From: an uncultured archaeon
GTDB lineage: Archaea; Asgardarchaeota; Jordiarchaeia; Jordiarchaeales; Jordiarchaeaceae
DNA length: 29,853 nucleotides
NCBI GenBank assembly: GCA_964510585.1
Contig: CAZECW010000202.1
Span: 1 to 29,853 of the forward strand
Direction of reading: 5' to 3'
Positions 27,507 to 29,853 of this stretch are shown in pieces; positions within the stretch are counted from its first letter, which is position 1; each line of letters starts with the position of its first letter. The position numbers were made by a program, and so were the translations under genes. Below the pieces are notes generated by a model. That model saw only the letters and a list, made by a program, of their open reading frames with translations, was not told where the DNA came from and ran no database searches.

Positions 27507-29165
27507 ATGATTTTTGGAGGCGTATCTACGAGACGGCGAACAGATTTTCTGGTCATTGGTTCGGGAATTGCTGGTTTGAGTTTTGCTCTTAAGGCGGGCA
27601 ACCACGGAGATGTTACAGTAGTTACAAAGAAGTCGAGTGTGGAGAGCAGCACCAATTATGCTCAGGGGGGAATTGCCGCTGTTATGGATTTTGAGAGGGA
27701 CAGCTTTGAATCTCACATAAAGGATACCTTAGAGGCGGGAGCATATCTTAACGATGTGGAGATAGTAGAAATAGTAGTAAAAGAAGCTCCCGAAAGAATA
27801 AAAGAGCTGATTGATATTGGAGTGGAATTTGAAAAAAGAGAGAACGGCTCCTTTGATTTAGCCATGGAGGGAGGACACAGTCAAAGGAGAATACTGCACG
27901 TAGCAGACCTCACTGGCGCAGCTATCGAGAGAGCATTGGTGGACGCGTGCGAAAAGCATCCCAACGTCACCATCATTGAAAACGCCATGGCCATTGACCT
28001 CATAACTGCACGCAAGCTTAAACTAAAAACCGACGAAGATGAGTGTCTAGGAGCCTACATTTTCGACAAAAAGTCGGGTGAAATTAGCACCTACCTTGCA
28101 AATGTCACAGTGCTGGCCACAGGTGGTTGCGGCCAAATTTACCTAAACACCACAAATCCCAGCATCTCCACAGGGGATGGAATAGCAATGGCCTATAGAA
28201 TAGGAGCAAAAGTCAGGGATCTGGAATTCGTTCAATTTCACCCCACAGTACTATACACTGGGGAGAAAAGCTCCTTCCTCATCTCAGAGGCAGTAAGGGG
28301 AGAAGGCGGAGTACTTATGACCATCAGTGAATACGAAGAATTCCTAAAATCAGGAGAAAAGGACCCAACAAAGTTCTCTTTTATGAGAAAATATGATGAG
28401 AGAGGGAGCCTCGCTACCCGAGACATCGTAGCCAGAGCCATAGACCGAGAACTGAAAAAAAGTGGAGACCGTTACGTCTACCTCTACCTTGCGCACCTGG
28501 ATCCAGAACACATCAAGGAGCGCTTCCCAAACATTTACAATACCTGCCTATCTTATGGCATAGACATAACAAAAGACCCCATTCCAGTAGTGCCAGCAGC
28601 CCACTACATGGTGGGAGGCGTCGCTGTAAACAAGAATGGACAGGTTATCCGGAGAGATAACCCCAACAAGGTTATTAATCGCCTCTACGCCATAGGTGAA
28701 GTGGCTTGCACCGGGCTACACGGCGCAAACAGGCTGGCCAGCAACTCACTTCTTGAGTCTGTAGTCTTCGCCCACAGAAGCTACCTAGACTCCCTAAAAT
28801 ATTTAGAAAATCCTGTTAAAATTCCATTAGAAGAAATGCCTCTATGGGATGCTTCAAAATACAGACCTATAGATGAAAAAGTCTTTTTAAAACATGATTT
28901 TGACGAAATAAGACGCATAATGTGGAACTATGTAGGAATAGTAAGAAGTAACGAACGATTGCAGAGAGCCATACGCCGCCTAAATCTGCTTGAGGAAGAC
29001 ATAAGCCACTATTACTGGAACTATATCCTAAACGAAGACCTAATAGAACTACGAAACGTAATCCTAGTGGCCCGATTAATCGTAGAAGCATCAATGGAAA
29101 GAAAACAAAACATTGGTTTATTCTACAACATAGACAACGAAAAAAGAGAAAAACCGCCCAACTAA
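27507..29165 (+). CDS. nadB: L-aspartate oxidase
   Basis: GSGIAG, STNYAQGGIA, EGGHS..RILH, FVQFHPT, LISEAVRGEG, PAAHY, GLHGANRLASNSLLE. Confidence 0.95.
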   Translation: MIFGGVSTRRRTDFLVIGSGIAGLSFALKAGNHGDVTVVTKKSSVESSTNYAQGGIAAVMDFERDSFESHIKDTLEAGAYLNDVEIVEIVVKEAPERIKELIDIGVEFEKRENGSFDLAMEGGHSQRRILHVADLTGAAIERALVDACEKHPNVTIIENAMAIDLITARKLKLKTDEDECLGAYIFDKKSGEISTYLANVTVLATGGCGQIYLNTTNPSISTGDGIAMAYRIGAKVRDLEFVQFHPTVLYTGEKSSFLISEAVRGEGGVLMTISEYEEFLKSGEKDPTKFSFMRKYDERGSLATRDIVARAIDRELKKSGDRYVYLYLAHLDPEHIKERFPNIYNTCLSYGIDITKDPIPVVPAAHYMVGGVAVNKNGQVIRRDNPNKVINRLYAIGEVACTGLHGANRLASNSLLESVVFAHRSYLDSLKYLENPVKIPLEEMPLWDASKYRPIDEKVFLKHDFDEIRRIMWNYVGIVRSNERLQRAIRRLNLLEEDISHYYWNYILNEDLIELRNVILVARLIVEASMERKQNIGLFYNIDNEKREKPPN

Positions 29166-29568
29166 ACCAGAAAACAACATTCGACACCAATTTTAAAAAT
29201 CTAAAAATATTAAGACACAATCTCATGCAAGATAAATTTATAGAGGGTAACAAGCTCAAATGTTTCAATTCTCCAATCTTGCTAAGTATATCATCAAAAT
29301 TTCTTGTTAGTAAACCGATTCTCATAGTAAACATTCATACGCTTAAGCGTTTTAGACAGAAATATGAAAAAAGTTTTTCATGGCAAATAAAAAAGTACAT
29401 CAAACCAAAAAAGCTCCGAACCAAATGAAACAGAGCTAAAAGCACAGATTTGGAAAAATTTATAAAAAATTTAATAGTTTCTTTACTTTCAAAGATAGAA
29501 AAATGCTTGTGGCGGTTTTTCGCTGCTGGGCTTTTTCTATTTTTAAAGGATTTGTAAGATGAGTTGAT

Positions 29569-29853
29569 ATGTCTGAACCTGAAGAGTTTAAAGTTGTTGA
29601 AGATTTGAAGCCCGGCCAAAGGGGGCTCAACCTTAAAGTTAGATGCGACTCAAAAAACGAGGCAAGAGACATCGTCTCAAGGAAAACCGGCGAGAATTTG
29701 AGGGTGACCGAAGCCCTTGTGGGTGACGAAACGGGAAGCGTCCTCCTCACCCTTTGGAACGAGGACATTGAAAAAATGGAGCCCGACCACGTCTACAAAC
29801 TAAGCAACGCCTACACAACAGTTTTCAAAGGCTCCCTAAGACTAAACCTTGGA
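29569..29853 (+). CDS. ssb: OB-fold single-stranded DNA-binding protein (SSB/RPA-like), truncated by the window edge
   Basis: Not in the ORF track. My translation from ATG 29569: MSEPEEFKVVEDLKPGQRGLNLKVRC...LVGDETGSVLLTLWNEDI...NAYTTVFKGSLRLNLG. It has the classic GDETG..LTLW OB motif and stays open to the edge. Confidence 0.92.
   Translation, partial: MSEPEEFKVVEDLKPGQRGLNLKVRCDSKNEARDIVSRKTGENLRVTEALVGDETGSVLLTLWNEDIEKMEPDHVYKLSNAYTTVFKGSLRLNLG

Noticed and set aside
895-28441. Numerous antisense or alternate-frame ORFs of 60-210 aa (e.g. 3967..4602, 15929..16330, 17620..17964)
   Set aside because: They are shadows of well-supported genes on the opposite strand, with no independent family features.
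29225-29768. ORFs 29225..29428, 29335..29619 and 29460..29768
   Set aside because: Low-complexity frames in AT-rich spacer, or antisense shadows of the SSB gene.
1-29853. CRISPR array, rRNA/tRNA, transposase, integrase or ORB origin repeats
   Set aside because: I found no spaced direct repeats, RNA-gene signatures or mobile-element motifs by eye.

Overview
Gene-dense archaeal chromosomal window with about 30 CDS. I see no rRNA, tRNA, CRISPR array or transposase. GGTG/GAGG-type SD sites, TTTAAATA-type TATA boxes, a single-OB SSB and an archaeal Hsp20 indicate an archaeon. Roadblock/LC7, PH-like, LIM-like and TPR-Zn-ribbon proteins suggest an Asgard-type lineage (inference only). Content: M20 peptidase, DUF364, two GNATs, Nudix hydrolase, a GT2/flippase/GT-C glycosylation trio, ADP-forming acyl-CoA synthetase alpha subunit, PAP2/AUR1-like protein, YjbQ, three consecutive metallo-beta-lactamase-fold genes, an acyl-CoA dehydrogenase homologue, nadB and a truncated SSB. 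The most unusual signals are: (1) a full-length archaeal-type PEP carboxylase homologue with most catalytic residues replaced; (2) an amidohydrolase fold with no metal ligands fused to a YjbQ domain; (3) an acyl-CoA dehydrogenase lacking both known catalytic glutamates; (4) an in-frame SIS-head/PfkB-tail chimera that looks like a deletion scar; (5) a recurrent 5'-to-3' G/T-to-A/C compositional gradient inside genes on both strands. Family calls rest on motif recognition and reference sequences recalled from memory; no searches were run.
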